From positions 327,588-391,587 of the forward strand of contig NMRA01000271.1 in assembly GCA_002633005.1 (NCBI GenBank): a DNA stretch of 64,000 nucleotides. The letters are read 5' to 3'. Of the stretch, positions 38,711 to 53,300 are shown one piece after another. This stretch comes from Phoronis australis (lineage: Eukaryota > Animalia > Phoronida). The notes below the pieces were generated by a model. The model saw nothing but the letters and a program-made list of their open reading frames with translations. It was not told where the DNA came from and did no database searches. Positions within the stretch are counted from its first letter, which is position 1. Each line of letters starts with the position of its first letter. Position numbers and translations under genes: made by a program.

Positions 38711-39613
38711 GGTTTTTACAACAACTGAGGCAAATCCACTTTTCTCACTGACAACTAAGTTACATCCGGGAATTAAAAACAATCCACACCGATGAGTGTT
38801 GCGCCACGTATCGGGTAGTGAAGTGCGCCTGACCCACATAACTCCACATATCCCGAAAAAGGAGCATCATTCAGCTCTGTATAGCAGCAGCTACTATTGT
38901 TAATTTTTTGTGGCTTATGTTTACTTCATGTACATATAACCTCTTTGAAGGATTAAGTTCCTAGGTTATGTGCCTCCCTATTGACAAGTCTATTTGTATA
39001 GGGAAATAACTACAAAGCTAACTTTCACCCAACAAGTAATATTACTACGACAGTTTGGTAGATGCCCATGCACTATGCTATAAACTGTTACATAATTTCT
39101 CCTATTCTACATGGCCTAAAATTTGCTATGCACGAGCTTTCAAAATTCAACTCATTGAAATTTGTTGAAAGGTTTTATTGCAATGATTTCGCTATATGTC
39201 ATATTCCTTGACCAACCCATAGGAACTATTTTACATAGTCACCAGGTACTACTTTTCTGTTCATACACCTCCTTCCACGCCATCTCTCCTTTGATGAGGA
39301 AGTACAGCGTTGCATAGCTCATTCAACCTTCTCACTTAAGACGTGCTTGTGTTCATTTTTCAAACTCATTTCTTTCACCTGTTTTGAGTCTTCCTTTGTC
39401 TTCTGCATTTGCACATCGACAGTCTTGTTTGATCGAGAGGTTACTAACGCTAATCAAGGTAAGTCTCCAGTCTTTACTCTCACCTCAATGCAGACTACCA
39501 TGACTCATCAAGTCTTGTTGCTAAGCAAGTTCTTATATTTGTTGGATGGACAACTTTGTATCCAACTCTCCCTGAGGCATCATGCTGTAAACATACATAT
39601 ATCCACTCTAGAC

Positions 39614-39769
39614 CTGGGCTAAGGTGCATAAAACTTCAAAAGTTATCCGCTGGATAAGTTAGATTGTTGCATGACGTCAGGTGCATTGTTCAAAAATAAC
39701 AACGTGACACATGATAATGCGACGTCATTGTTGCTATACAGCGTATAACTTTTATGCAACTCGGCACAG
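39614..39769. mobile_element. Small MITE-like element
   Basis: Imperfect TIRs ctgggctaaggtgcataaaa / ttttatgcaactcggcacag. Confidence 0.5.
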
Positions 39770-41299
39770 ATAAGGATCAATTCGATTTTTTTTAATTTCT
39801 CCATTGGCAGGTAATCAGCCCAACCAGTTTTTTTTATCCATATTCTATTCTCAGTATCAGGTAATGACTGTTTCTATTAACTAGGTCATGTGGTGAGGGT
39901 GACAAATAAATTCTTAGCAGATACCGGTAATATCTAAACATAAGGATTCAAAGCGTGCAGACTGTACTTTCCATTTTTCTTTTTGGGACATGAAAACCAA
40001 GAAAAACCATAAAATCTGAATAGAGAATTAATACAAATTCGGCTATGTGGGTTTTCGAACTTTTTAAAATTGGTCATGTAATAGCAATTTTGTAAACAAA
40101 AACAAAAGTCGTGTGCTAATTCAGTGGAAAGTAGGTTGTCAGCATGGCTTGTCAGCAAATTGTACTACATCAGTAACTCACAACAGAAGCTGGTCCTGAA
40201 ACAATGTGGATAAAAATGGTTGTGATGAAGGAATCTGGTTTAAAGGACATATGTTTATGGCTTGACGTTATCATTTACAACTTCAATTTTCGGCCTCCCA
40301 CAATGGAAGGAGCTTTAGGTTCTAGTTTTTTCCTCAAAGTTCTTCTTTTCCCTGAGTCCCACATATTTTTCTGCACCCCACAGGTGGGTTTTTGGTCAGT
40401 CCCTCACCTGACCACCTCTACCATCCGGACAGGGTTCACTTTATTTTACAGGTCTAGCCTCCATAAGCACACATTTAACATCCCAACTCCCACTTCATAA
40501 CCTACCGCCCCCTTTAATCACTCATTACCATAACTTACCCGTCTTTGTTCATTCGAAACTACATCACTTTTCAATGGTTCATATGCAGGTGTAGTTATAG
40601 TACCTGCTTTTGAACTTGACACTTCTTTTTCAGGGGTACCCAACAAGGTTTAACATCGTTACTGGTCATGGTTGTTTCCCTTGTGGGCCTCGACATCCAG
40701 TCTTATAAGTTACATTTTTTGCATTAGGTGGTGGTATCCCAGAGCTCGGTTAAGGTCAAACACATATAGGACATTGGAAATTCGAGGATTTCAAAAACTA
40801 TTTTCGCATGTATGCCTTTTCCTCATAACCAGGTCTCCTCAGCTTCCCAGATAGTCCTATGCTCCAGTTTCCTTAAATTCACTGAGATCTATTTTTTCAG
40901 CCAACCAATGAGTCTGTGGTTTCAGTCCATCTTTTTAAGCAGGCTGAGTCAGTTGCAGCATACATCCTACCTCCTTGTCATTGTAGGTCTGTTGTTTCAG
41001 CCCAGACCTTGAAACCATGTTCTTGCTGCAGAATTTAGCTGTTCTTAGTAATCTTCTACCAATAGTTTTCCTTTACAATTTTTGCTCACGGTACACTTAT
41101 TTTGTTCATCAGCTCATATTCAGCTTACATATGTAGTTGTATAGTAATTGTATTGTAGCATTGAAAGGATGGCCTACTTTGGTCACAGGGTCTGAAGACT
41201 GTTTACTTTTGCCAGATAAGTAAACCTGGGAATACTCAATTTCACACCACGTCAGTGGACTTTACAATAAGTAGTTTAATGCAATTGTATTGCAGAAAA

Positions 41300-41348
41300 A
41301 TGGCAGAGAATAAAAAGCAGACACAAAAGAAGAAACCTACAACTACAG
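41300..41348 (+). CDS. EEP gene coding exon 1 (MAENKKQTQKKKPTTT)
   Basis: ttgcag acceptor at 41295, strong ATG context, g|gtaaga donor. Confidence 0.6.
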
Positions 41349-44300
41349 GTAAGAGAGGAGCCAATCAAAACATTGCATTATTGGCCCTTATTGATTCGTG
41401 GACATGAAACACTGTGTGGTAAGGTAGCAAAATTGATAGAAAAATCTGAGCAAATTTTAAACAGGCAATATTTCATTTATGTAACAAAATAGAGATGACA
41501 TCTACTTGTAGTATGTTGTTTTGATTTTTAAAGATTGGTAGAAATTTCTTTAGAAATAACTATACAATAATCAAAAACATGGTTGATGTTTTATTTGAAT
41601 CACCCTATAATAGTTTCATAGAATTGCTCAATTGTATTGATTTGTATCTCAAAAGACAAGAAAGTAATGTCTCAGATTGTTCAGATAAAGTTAGTTACCA
41701 ATGAACAAACTGTTAAAAATCAGAGCAGAAAAAAGCAGGCTGCTTACAGACAGGCCTGAGAAGGGACTACGAATACTAAACTTATTAGAAAAAAGTCACC
41801 TTCAAACAAAAATGACCCAAAGCACAAGTATTATACAAGAAACACCATTGTGGATATAAATCACAAAGTTGCACAAGTATATTAAATAAGTGCCTATGTA
41901 TGTATGAGTCACTTGACCAAATGAACACTTGCGACGAATACCAACTTTAAAAAGGTTCATTGTTAAATGCACGTATTATTTTTCAATTTTGCAAAATTAC
42001 CGATGGATCTTTTCTCAATTTTCATTTCTCAGTTTTTATGAAATAACAGAAAAATGGAAGTTCACATGTCTGCCACGTGTTCTGAAAAATGTTACTTTTT
42101 ACAAGATGATTCACTGAGCAATGAGCATGAATTTTATCTTCATGAACGTCACATTTTTCAGAGCTTTGGTCTACTTGTGCAGGTAGGCATATCAAAACAT
42201 TAATTCATGACCTTTTTAAAAGGTTCACATGAATCAACTGTGACATGAGCCAAGGACACCTAACTTCAAACTTATATTTTGTCCCACCCTTCCTCTACTC
42301 CCGGCTTTGCATTCTGAACTTACTAATAATTTGTGGTTAGACATACTTAAAGAAATTAGAAATATAGCAAGACTGTATGAAAGACTCTCTTTGTGTTTTA
42401 CAGCCAAAGGTGAAAAGAAACAGAATCCTAGTACAGCTATGAGTGAACTAACTCCGAAAGCAGCGGTGGGTACTGTAATAAACGACAAAAAGTAGGCTAA
42501 TGTCCCATCAACACCGCATTACTTGCCATTTTGAGGAGTTACGATCCATAGCAAAGTTGAACTCCCGGACTTTTTTAAACTGCATAACTCGAGCAATGGA
42601 ACATGTTAGGAACACTCCAACAGCAGTAATAGCTAATATGAGGCCGTGACATGCAACACATGTAAACAATCAAGAGTGATAATCAATAACGTCATAAGGC
42701 TGTGCTATTTAATCCCCAGAACTAGTGAAACTCCAATGACCGCAGTAGTAGGAAAGAAAAGCAGGGATATTCCTAACTTGAGGTTTGAACATGTGCCCTA
42801 GTGATCAAAAGCGTGACCTTTTTCAAAAAGTGGTGCCGAGCACACTTAGTACAATTAAAGTGTGGTAAAATATAAAACAGAAGCCCCAAGGGCAATCGAA
42901 ATAAGAACAGCCATGTTTTACCCGACTGGAAGTAAGATGACCAGAATCTTGCATTTTTGGAAGAATGCTGCATTTTAAAAGATGCGTCCTGGAGCGCACT
43001 GCTACGGTGTACTAATAAATGTACATTATTTTTTGATGCGCTTTTGGCGAAAAGGCTCAGTCCAGGCATAACCCTGGACAAGGTTGCAATAGTTGCAATG
43101 CAAATGTGATAGACCAGAGTTTCACAAATGGGAAAGTGACAAAAGTCAAAATCACCAACATCAAATAGAAAATATCAAGGTGAATTCATTGTTTGCATAT
43201 ACATGGTGATTAGTGTGGATGGCATTGCAATGTCTATCACATACCAAAAACATTGTACAACAATAAAAAGAGTCAAATTTGCAACCGCTGCTCAACAACA
43301 CTGAACTCGGCAAAATCTTTCAGAATTCAGCGTTTTTGCATTCTGCCGAATACAACTCAAATGCGTTTGTGTTGTCCTCATGACTAGTTGCCACAGCACC
43401 AGTTATTCTCTACTATCCCAGTGCTGAAACATGTTTGTTCAACAACAACTTAGACAAAGAGAACACAGTGATTATTCCTACAACCATGCAAATGGATGTG
43501 CTTCAGAAAATCTACCACGGTCACTGAATTTGGGAATCACCAACTGTATAGAATAAGCCGGTTGCATTCTGTTGAGGCCTGACACGCTGACATGGTTTGC
43601 CATTTATGCTCAATGCCGTGTTATTGGCAATGAAACTGATGAGCCAATCTTCTGACCAGAAATAAGTCCCAAATGCATGAGAAAATAAAGTTAGGAAGTT
43701 ATCTATTTCATTATATACACACGGACGCACACATAGATACATTCAAAGCTGGTGGTAGATTATTATTTCTGGCATTGGCAGGTTACTATTTGCTAAACTA
43801 CACTGTGTCAGGTGAACTTATTTTGGTCACTTGAAATTCATTTTAGTAAAAGAATATGAATTGATATATACAGTAGTCAGTACAAGTTGACACTTTTGAT
43901 AGCCATGCAGGTATTCTACATGGCAGCTAGAACATGAAATTCAAATTACATCACAGAGTTCATAAATAACAGCCACAATTCTTTGCTATGGATTGAAAGT
44001 TCTTTGACACATCGCACTTAAAAATGCACCTGTGTCACGAACATTTTATATGAACATTCCGTCTGGCATAACATGGCATTGACTGACCAATAGTGAATCG
44101 ATAACACACCAAAAAGCATGCATCATAAACAATATATTTCTAAATTAACATTCTATCTGACACAAACAATTTAATATCGGAACAAAAACGCATTCTAGGA
44201 ATTCGCATGGTTTTACCCGTCCACTTGATTTTAGCTTAAGTTACACATTCACAATACGGGAAGAATGCATTAATTTTTTTCTTAAATTTGTATTTAGCAC

Positions 44301-47300
44301 TGCTGTGATCATGTAAAATAGTTATTAACACATGGGTAAATTAATAACTGTTTGCAGGAAGGAAAGTCGGGTAAACAGAAGGCAACAGGCGAAGGTGACA
44401 AAGTCAACCGGTCGCTTTTTCCAGGTGAGAAGGTGGCAAAACAACAAGGAGGTAATAGGGTTCTGCACAATCATTTTTTTCATAATCAATTTAGAATACC
44501 ATATCATATAATTATATCATTGAAATCGAAATCAGCAATTGTTACAAAACTGCACCAACAGTAAAACTTTCAATTTAAGTTAAATCTGGTTTTCATACAC
44601 AGACCAACCATTTCAATGTAAAATGACTTGCTTCTACGGTAGTCGCGCGATTTTCGGACAGCCCACCATTTTGGGACAATATTTCCGAAATGAGTTTTTC
44701 ATAGTCCACGAAATTCGTACAAGGTCCAAAAACATCGGACTTCTGTCCCGCAACTTTTGGACAAGGAACGTTTTAGAAACAGTAATTTCGGATCGACGCA
44801 ACTCTCGTGTCATTGAAGCGTTCAATGGATGATTACTACTCTACAAGGCTTGAATCTGAGAATCGGTATAACGGGCTCTGTAATTTTTACCTTGTCTTGA
44901 CGATGTCACGACCGTTCCTCGATTGCCTTGCATTTAGCTTGTGTTTGGCACTTAATTTCTCTTATGACGAGAATCACCGAGTCCTGCATGATGGAAATAT
45001 CTGATGAAAATACAAATGGGAAATACACCGAAGGCTGCAACTTTTCATTGTAGCGTGACATTTGCTCTCGTTTAATTAGACCGTGCTGTTCGACTTCCGA
45101 CTGTCACATTGAAATTGCACACCTGACATCAACTTGGGTGCTTACAAATTTATTTTAAAAATATCCTAGCCTTTGCAAATGCCCTTGTCAGTGGCTAAAA
45201 TCTCCCCACGACGTGTCCGGATTTTATCCTCAAGGCGATGAGAAATATTTTTTGTTTAGGCCCCAATACACAATACAGCTAAGTGTGTCCGTCGGATGTC
45301 GCGCGTTCAAAGTAGTGTAGATAGTGAACAGCAGTAGCCGAATGGGACGGAGCCAAAGTAAAGCGGTTACAAAGCAAACATAATTAAGTTGCACACCGCG
45401 TGAGCCCGACCGAGGCTGCGTCGTGGACAGGAGATTTTATGCTTTTTCCTCTTCAGTTGATTAACTATCGTCGGACAATAAGTTTTGACACGCTGTGGCA
45501 CTCTGTCTGCAGCGACTAAGAAAATCCACCAATTTCGAAAAATGCCGACAAGTCAGTTGAATCAGATTTGCCAGTGGTATAGTCGTTGCTTCTTGTGGTC
45601 CTATGGGTAGGCTAACAAGAATACAGGAGTTGCAGTCCCATGCAACGAGCCTGGGACCTTATAGGTGTTTACGACCCTTAGTTCCGTATATACTTTCCGG
45701 ACCTTGTCTTCTTCTCCATGTTACCGCCTTCAGTTGATAGCTTTGAGACAAAAAAGAAATGTGATCTTAAACTACAGAATGTGCTTTTTGTATTACCTAA
45801 GGTAGTTTTAACCCTTATCCTGCTGAGCCTCTATTCAGACTACTTTCCCTGTGTGCTGAGCTAAGTAGGTCACCACTACTGCTGTGCACTAAGCTGTTAT
45901 GGAGGTCACCCAGACTAATGACCTAACAATTTTAAATTGGAAATTTGAAGGGGAAATATTAAATTAACAGAAAGGAAGTCAATACAAAACTTGTGCAGAA
46001 TTTAATGGAAATTTTCACCATGTGTAAGTCTTTATCATAGCCTTGGTGAAAGTAAACTGATCCACTGTCATCCTATCCCGTATGGCTCCAGCCATGTAAT
46101 GAAACTATGTGTCTACACTTACATAAACCTGCCAATATCTCCCAAACTANNNNNNNNNNNNNNNNNNNNNNNNNNNNNNNNNNNNNNNNNNNNNNNNNNN
46201 NNNNNNNNNNNNNNNNNNNNNNNNNNNNNNNNNNNNNNNNNNNNNNNNNNNNNNNNNNNNNNNNNNNNNNNNNNNNNNNNNNNNNNNNNNNNNNNNNNNN
46301 NNNNNNNNNNNNNNNNNNNNNNNNNNNNNNNNNNNNNNNNNNNNNNNNNNNNNNNNNNNNNNNNNNNNNNNNNNNNNNNNNNNNNNNNNNNNNNNNNNNN
46401 NNNNNNNNNNNNNNNNNNNNNNNNNNNNNNNNNNNNNNNNNNNNNNNNNNNNNNNNNNNNNNNNNNNNNNNNNNNNNNNNNNNNNNNNTCACTCTTCATC
46501 ACTTTCTTCATTGCACTCGTTCCCACATCCACTACCGTTACGTTTCAATGCAAAATTCGTTAAAATTGAGAAACCTTATGGTCGTGAACCCTCTTTGTGC
46601 GTCAAATACGCAAGTCCAGCTTTTTATTAGGAAACAGAATTGAAAAAAGCGCTTATTGGGGCGCTGTTTGTGCGTTGATAACGCAAACTCGACATTTTTA
46701 TTGAGAAGACGCATTTTTACAAAAGCGAATTAGTTCTCTAGAACATTTCATGTGTGTCAACAATGCAAACCAGACCCACTCATTGGAAAGCCCATATTTT
46801 TCACCAGGAACTCTTTTTTCACAACGCACCCCGCTATTTCAAATGAGATAGCCCATTTTTGAAAGAAATTATGCCACTTGCCGAGAAAGGTTTTTGAGCA
46901 TCGGCAATGCAAGCCGAATATTTCATATTGAGAAAGCGCATTTTTGAAAAAAAGAACCAACACATGTCGGGAACGTTCTTTGTGCGTCGACAACGCACAT
47001 TTCTTATTGGGAAAGCCAGTTTTTCAAAAAAATTAATGGCGCAGACCGTTTGAGTCCCATTGACCAGCAATTATACTGCTATCAAATGACCTTGCCAGCA
47101 ATGTTGATACTGTGACCGCTCATCGAAATAATGTACACCCACGAAATTCGGACATCAGATCAGAAACCCAAATTCGGAGGTCCGCCAAATTCGGACACCA
47201 CAAAAATGATGTTTTGCGAGATTCGTCCAAGAATGAATTTTTTCTATTGGAATTAATTTCGAGTGTCCGAAAATCGCGCGACTTTACCGTATATCATTTT

Positions 47301-50300
47301 TATTCCATTTCAAGTCATACCACCACAAAATCAAAAGATTATCAAAAATCACTCCAGTAGTCATATTTCAGAATCAGAGGAACAGAGGAAACACATGAGA
47401 TTAGGAAGTTTATGTTTTATACTCTTTAGTGCCGTTTACACTTACAAAGTTGACACGGATCAGCTGACACGGATCAGCTGACACAGAACGAGGTGTTCCA
47501 GTGTGTGAACGGACTGACACGGAGCAAATTGACACCGCGGTGACAAATTTTTGCCACCCGTTTGTGAGGTAGAGCAATTTGCGCCCGAACTTCTTGCGCC
47601 ATGTCAGTTATAAGTCTAAACGCGAAACTGGAACAAGGTGGAAACTGGATCATCTCTACTGCGCTTGTGCAATGACCCACGTACGGGTTCTTTGTCTCTG
47701 CAACTCTCGTCATTTGTAAACCTGCGCATGTGCGATCCAGTCTCTCCAGCCTTTAATTTCTGTCTTGCCATGGTTAGTGAGTTGTGTGTGTAAACGGCCG
47801 CGTGACACGGGTCAATTTGCTCCGTGTCAGTTGCGCCGGACCAAAAGTTGATGTCTAAATGGGACTTTTGATTCAAAAAAGTACCGGTACTAATATAAAT
47901 TCAAAGGCCTAATATGGTGCCAAAATGACTATTTTTAAATCTAAAGTACGTATTGATGAAAAGCATCAACATGATGGTGTCATAGCATTATACCCGCATC
48001 GTTAATTAAGTAGGCCTTTTACAATATAGCAGCCCCATCACGCCAAAAAAACTTGAGACGGTGCTTGCACCAATCGAAGTCTATGACATCATCGTTGTAA
48101 CCAATTTGACATTCACTGTCTCCATCGTACTGGAATCTGAGTGATGACTGGCCCTTTAATTTAGTGGTTATTACATGGAAAATCAAGGAAACATTCCAGT
48201 CAATTACTATTAAAATTGGTCAAATCATTAACTTCATAATTTTTTAATCAATTAGTTAGCACACATTCTCATATGGATGTGTATGGGAATCCCCGGAGGA
48301 TAATTGGGGTTGCCGAAACAGCTGGAGAAACAAAACGCTTGGTCCGCATTGTTACCAGGCAATTTCATAAATAAATGTTTATTATGAAGTGTACTTTGCT
48401 TAATCCAAGAACTTTGATATTAGGAAGTTTGCAGTCAAGTCTCAGTCTTGAACCCGAAGGTGTGAACGCTCAGCCATTACGGTTTGGGACACTGCCGAGT
48501 GTGTGTCCCCTATTCGAATGGGTGACAATGGTCCGTTTAATTTGGTGGAAAATACTTGGAAACGTTACAACACATATCAGCTTGATCTTTTCGTACAAAG
48601 CAGTTATATTCAAATTCATTGAAATTTTATATTAGAAACTTAATTTTCAAAATGATTTGTCTTGAAATCCTGCAACCCGTAGTCGCCACCATTTTGAATG
48701 TAGACTCGGTCAACCTCATTTGCAATGATTTGCAATGATTAAAAATTTAATAGCAACACAGCATTGGGAGTTTCTGTAATATATTAAAACTATGAATTAT
48801 GAGCGGTATAATTTGCGTCGCAATAAATTACTTTCTGTGGTATGTAAGAAGCAAAAACAATTATTTTTTATGAACAGTACTTGTATTCTTGGTGTCAAAA
48901 AGGTGTTTTAGCCGCTGAAGGCTGTCTTTAACATTCGTAATACATTTTTAGTCAGGACAGCCAGGGTTTTGCTTAAGGTAGAAACTAACACCTAAAGTAT
49001 TAGATTTTTCTTGTACCTTTACACTCATTTTTGCTGACTACTCAGGAGTGATGAATTGGCACTTTGGAATTGAATTTGCAATGAGTTGCACTGTATGCAA
49101 ATTTGCATAATAAAGTTTTTATCACAGTTATGGCACAAAATAATAAACAACATGGATCAATTTTCATTTCCACTTCTTAGCTTTTGTGAAAAATAACAGA
49201 AAAATTCACTTGTCTGTCACAATCTGTTATAAATTGGTAAATATTAAGTTCACAGGATGAGTCACTGTGCAATGAATAAGAATTTCATTTTTCATGGATG
49301 TGAGATTTTTTCAGAAATTTGGTCTAATTGTGTAAGCAGACATGTCAAAATAAATCTATGACCTTGATAAGATGTCCACATGAATCTAGGAGAAAATAGG
49401 AGTCTTTCAAAAAATAGGAAAAAATAGGAAACTTGATGCCTGGCACAAGTAAATCTGTACCGCCTGGTCTCACTGTAGTAACGAACTGTCAGTTCTTTCA
49501 GCCTCAGGAAGTTTTTAATCCAATTTGGTAAGTACCGAATGAAATTTGGTTAAACGCCACTTTAAAAATAAAAAATAAATCAAGAAAAGCTTATAAGATC
49601 ACCTAACAAAAGATAAGCATAACACTGCTACTTTACAATTACCTCCAAGTGTAGCTAACCCACAAAGCCCAACATTCTTGACATTGACGTGTTTAGAATC
49701 AATGCAAGAAGTCTGTGGGTATAAGTTGTGAATTAATAGGCCTTAATACAATCAAAACTGTATACACCGTAGTAATCTAAATGATTGACAACTGGGTGCT
49801 CAGGAGAGTCAACTAGCAACGCAACCACCTAAGGTGTCATCAGGTATCCAGAACAAAATTCAACTATAGTCCTTCCTTGAATGAGAAAATTCTATACAGA
49901 ACTAACATCTCTCCATAAAAGAAATGTAATATGTCTCATTTTCTGGCTTGGTGCATGATATTCTTTCACATCAAGATTTGTCTTGCTTACATAAGTAAAT
50001 CCAATATCGAGAAATGAACTGGAGTAAGAAAACATGTTTCGTCACTTACGGACATAGTCATTTTTTGATAATTAACAGGGGAACTTTACACTCAGACCTT
50101 TTTGAACGTCACAAAACTGGTGTGTGTGTGTGTGTGTGTGTGTGTGTGATTACTCTCACTCAATGTGTGTATTAGTCATACTCTACTGCGGTTTCCAATC
50201 ATCAAAAACTAATGACCATAAGATATTGAAACCAAAGGTTGCTAGCGCACTCACAAAAAAATGAGGACCTCCCCATGCAGTAAACATCTGTCATTGGGAT

Positions 50301-53300
50301 GCGTGGTTGTCTACAGGATTTAAAAGTTTTTGGGTACAGAACTGTCTTATCACTGATGTTTCAGGTATACAGTCACTCAGTTATTGCTTTTCCAAATGCT
50401 CTTTCATTTGCAGAATCTTCCTGTTCGTCTTCACGCTACGAATCTTCTTATGAGGATGACGACACCAAGAGCACTATGGAGTGTGCCTCACAGTATAAAT
50501 TGGTTTACTCTGTAAGAAGTTGCAAGTACTTTTGTCAGGAATTGTTTTAAAGATATTCTTGACTATATTTCCCATTCCATGCCTCTTTAAGCCAATCATA
50601 GGAGATCATAAACCAAAGTTGGGGAGGGGGCTTACCTGAATGCTCAATCAGGTTAACACCCTGAGGGAGCAACTTCACGCGCACGAGTCATATACGACAA
50701 ATGAACATTGTATACATACAGTTTCCACATTTGATTAAAGGTATAAAACTTCAGCATGAGTAAAACCATGATACATCATTGCATTTTCCTTGCCTTAACA
50801 CATCGCACCAAATGCACGTCATGAACAATGTATTTTTATATAAACTTTCGGTCCCGTGTAACATTGCATTAACAGACCAATAACGCATGAATTACACAAT
50901 GCAACACATGGATCATAAACAATCTGACTTTCTATCAGACGCTAATACTTTTAAAAAGTCAAATTAAATGGATAGTATGGCTTCATCCATGTGATTTAAG
51001 CTTATGTTGAATTAATTCACTACATAAGTAGCACACAATGTTTCTTAATTTTGAACTTAGAACCGTTGTGATCAACAAAAAGGTACTAACAAAGGGGTTT
51101 AATAACTGATTGCAGGAGGATGAACAGGTGGAGGCTTTGGAAAAGTTTGAGTTTGCAGGCAATCATGACAAGGTGGCAAGAAAAAAAGGTAATTGCACTA
51201 TGAAGTTTCAATTTTGAATAATTAACTTGGAATGCCTTATCACATAACTTGTGTCATTGAAATCTGAATCAGCAATTGGTACAAAACTGCACTAAGAGTA
51301 AAAATTTCCAAAGCATTGTGGCTTTCATATAGTCAGAACAACCATTTACATGTGAAAATGAACCCGCATTCCAACGAAGTAACAAAATTTTAATTTAGAC
51401 CACTTACTACTATAAAACTGGTCTCAACAATGAGAAATGATTCTTATTCTTTCAATGAACCAATAGTTCACTACTCCTCGACATCATGCTCAGTGAATAA
51501 AATGACGCGGTATCACAAACCATCTTGTAGAGCCTGGCCTCACAGCACCAATCAACTGTCAGTTGTTCACAAGCCTAGAAATCCTATCTATTTTGACTAA
51601 GAAAAATTTTGATCCAATATCATAAAGGTATGTAAGCACTAATGGAAATTGGTCAAAAGACAAAAATAAATTGTGAACAGCTAAGGATACCAACTAACAA
51701 AAGATAAACACTGATACACTGTTACATTTTACAAAATTGTTACATTTCACAATGCAAGGCCTATCCTAAAATAAAATAAGTTTTTGCATCTTATGTTATT
51801 GTAGTTACAATTTACATCAAATGCACATGCCAGAAATGTACCATTGTTACATTTTAGAAAGCAACCTCATATTTCATGAGTTTGCATCATCGTATTTGTC
51901 ACACAGAGGAAAATGGTTCACGCACTTAATGCCTTCTTTCTTGGATTGATTGAATGAAATTTTACCAAATGTGCCAGCTCGAATTTATAGATGTGACCCT
52001 ATGCGCTTTCCATTGTAATTTTAGCACGAGTATTTTTTTGGTATAGCAAAAAAAATGTACCCCGTGCAGTTTCAACTCCAGACAAAAGGAGTTTCCAGGA
52101 TCTGATGAGGTAACACGTTTTTATTGTTAAAGCGTTCTTGGAATCTCTTCTTGGCGCTCACTGGTCACACCCAATTGTGAGTCCGGCATTACGGTAAAAA
52201 AACTTCCCTTAGTACCATGAACAGAAACAATGACATATTTTGGCTAATATTTATCGCATTTCTTCGGGAACAAACCACAAGAACAATTTTTTCATAGAGA
52301 ATTCAATTTCGGAAGCCAATTTGATAGAAAAAAACACCCATTTTAATCCACGAGCATAATATTTCAGCCAGTGTTTTATTGCTATGGAATCATGGCTAAT
52401 GCTCCACACAAGGCCAAAGTTTCTGATGCCGACGGACAGGTTCTGTCTACCACCTTAGTTAGGAATGACAATTTTTTAAAGACATTGTGGTGGAAGGAAA
52501 TAAAAGCACACAATCATTTGCAGGCAGATTGATAGATTTTGGCAATGCAAGAGCAAAAGGATGCGTTTGAGAAGAGGGAGCCAATAGTTTAAAAACTGAC
52601 GCCACAGTAACGGGTTTTAAATAGCTAAAAGCTGAAAAAATATTATTGTTCCTATGATTTCAAACCTGTCTGAAATAGTGGTGGCAACAACTGATCATAC
52701 CATGACATGTATATGCAAAAATGGGAGGCCTAGCTGTGGAAATAGAAAATATTTTGCCACTCTGAAAAGACACGGTCATTTTGCTCATACATGGCCTAGG
52801 TCGATAGTTTAAAGGACAAAAGTCTGAGAAAAGTTAACCGTTGGCTTTTCGGACTACAAAAACATGCACTTATTTTTTAAGCTCCAATATCTATTAAAGT
52901 TCCTATTTCGTAACATATAAATAAAGACGGAGATTAGACATTCTAATATCAATGAACATGAAGCCACGTATCTAATGAAGCAACATTTTTTGTGTTGCAG
53001 CTCACTGTCAACAAAACGCGTGGTGGTAGGCAGAAAATTTAGTATATTAAACTGTTTACTACATCGTATAAAACGCGCATATAAAGCATAGCTGACTTCG
53101 ATGTTGGCTATTTTTGTTCCTTATGACCTACTTTCAATGAAACCTAGTTCAAATCACTCAGTTCAATCACTGAATGCTGGGGACCGTTCCACATAAAATT
53201 GTTGCTTGTTTTGTATGTCCGTTACCAGCTACCCAGTGACCGCAGTCACTAGTTCTCGAAAAAATGTCTGCCTTCAGACTTCAACTTAAAAGGGGACTGC

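Larger units (their letters stand above)
36170..38870. mobile_element. Fossil ISL2EU-like DNA transposon (ends approximate)
   Basis: Convergent DDE_Tnp_4 transposase and YqaJ exonuclease relics; TIRs not identified. Confidence 0.7.
44637..47289. mobile_element. TA-flanked TIR element (Tc1/mariner/pogo-like ends) spanning the assembly gap
   Basis: ta|cggtagtcgcgcgattttcggaca ... tgtccgaaaatcgcgcgactttaccg|ta. Confidence 0.65.

Noticed and set aside
39270-41100. Coding-like decayed minus-strand stretches (39270-39590, 40540-41100)
   Set aside because: The frames I translated have many stops and no motif I can name; a translated search is needed.
46119-46149. Minus-strand SLGDIGRF followed by gtaagt as a possible PIK3R4 5' exon end
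   Set aside because: It does not match the conserved SLGSTRF motif and lies inside a TIR element; too short to support.
46073-46643. Long ORFs in the track
   Set aside because: They are artefacts of the N run.
50473-50574. Minus-strand MGNIVKNIF... as the VPS15 MGN start
   Set aside because: There is no similarity beyond MGN, it stops early, and it is antisense to EEP exon 4.
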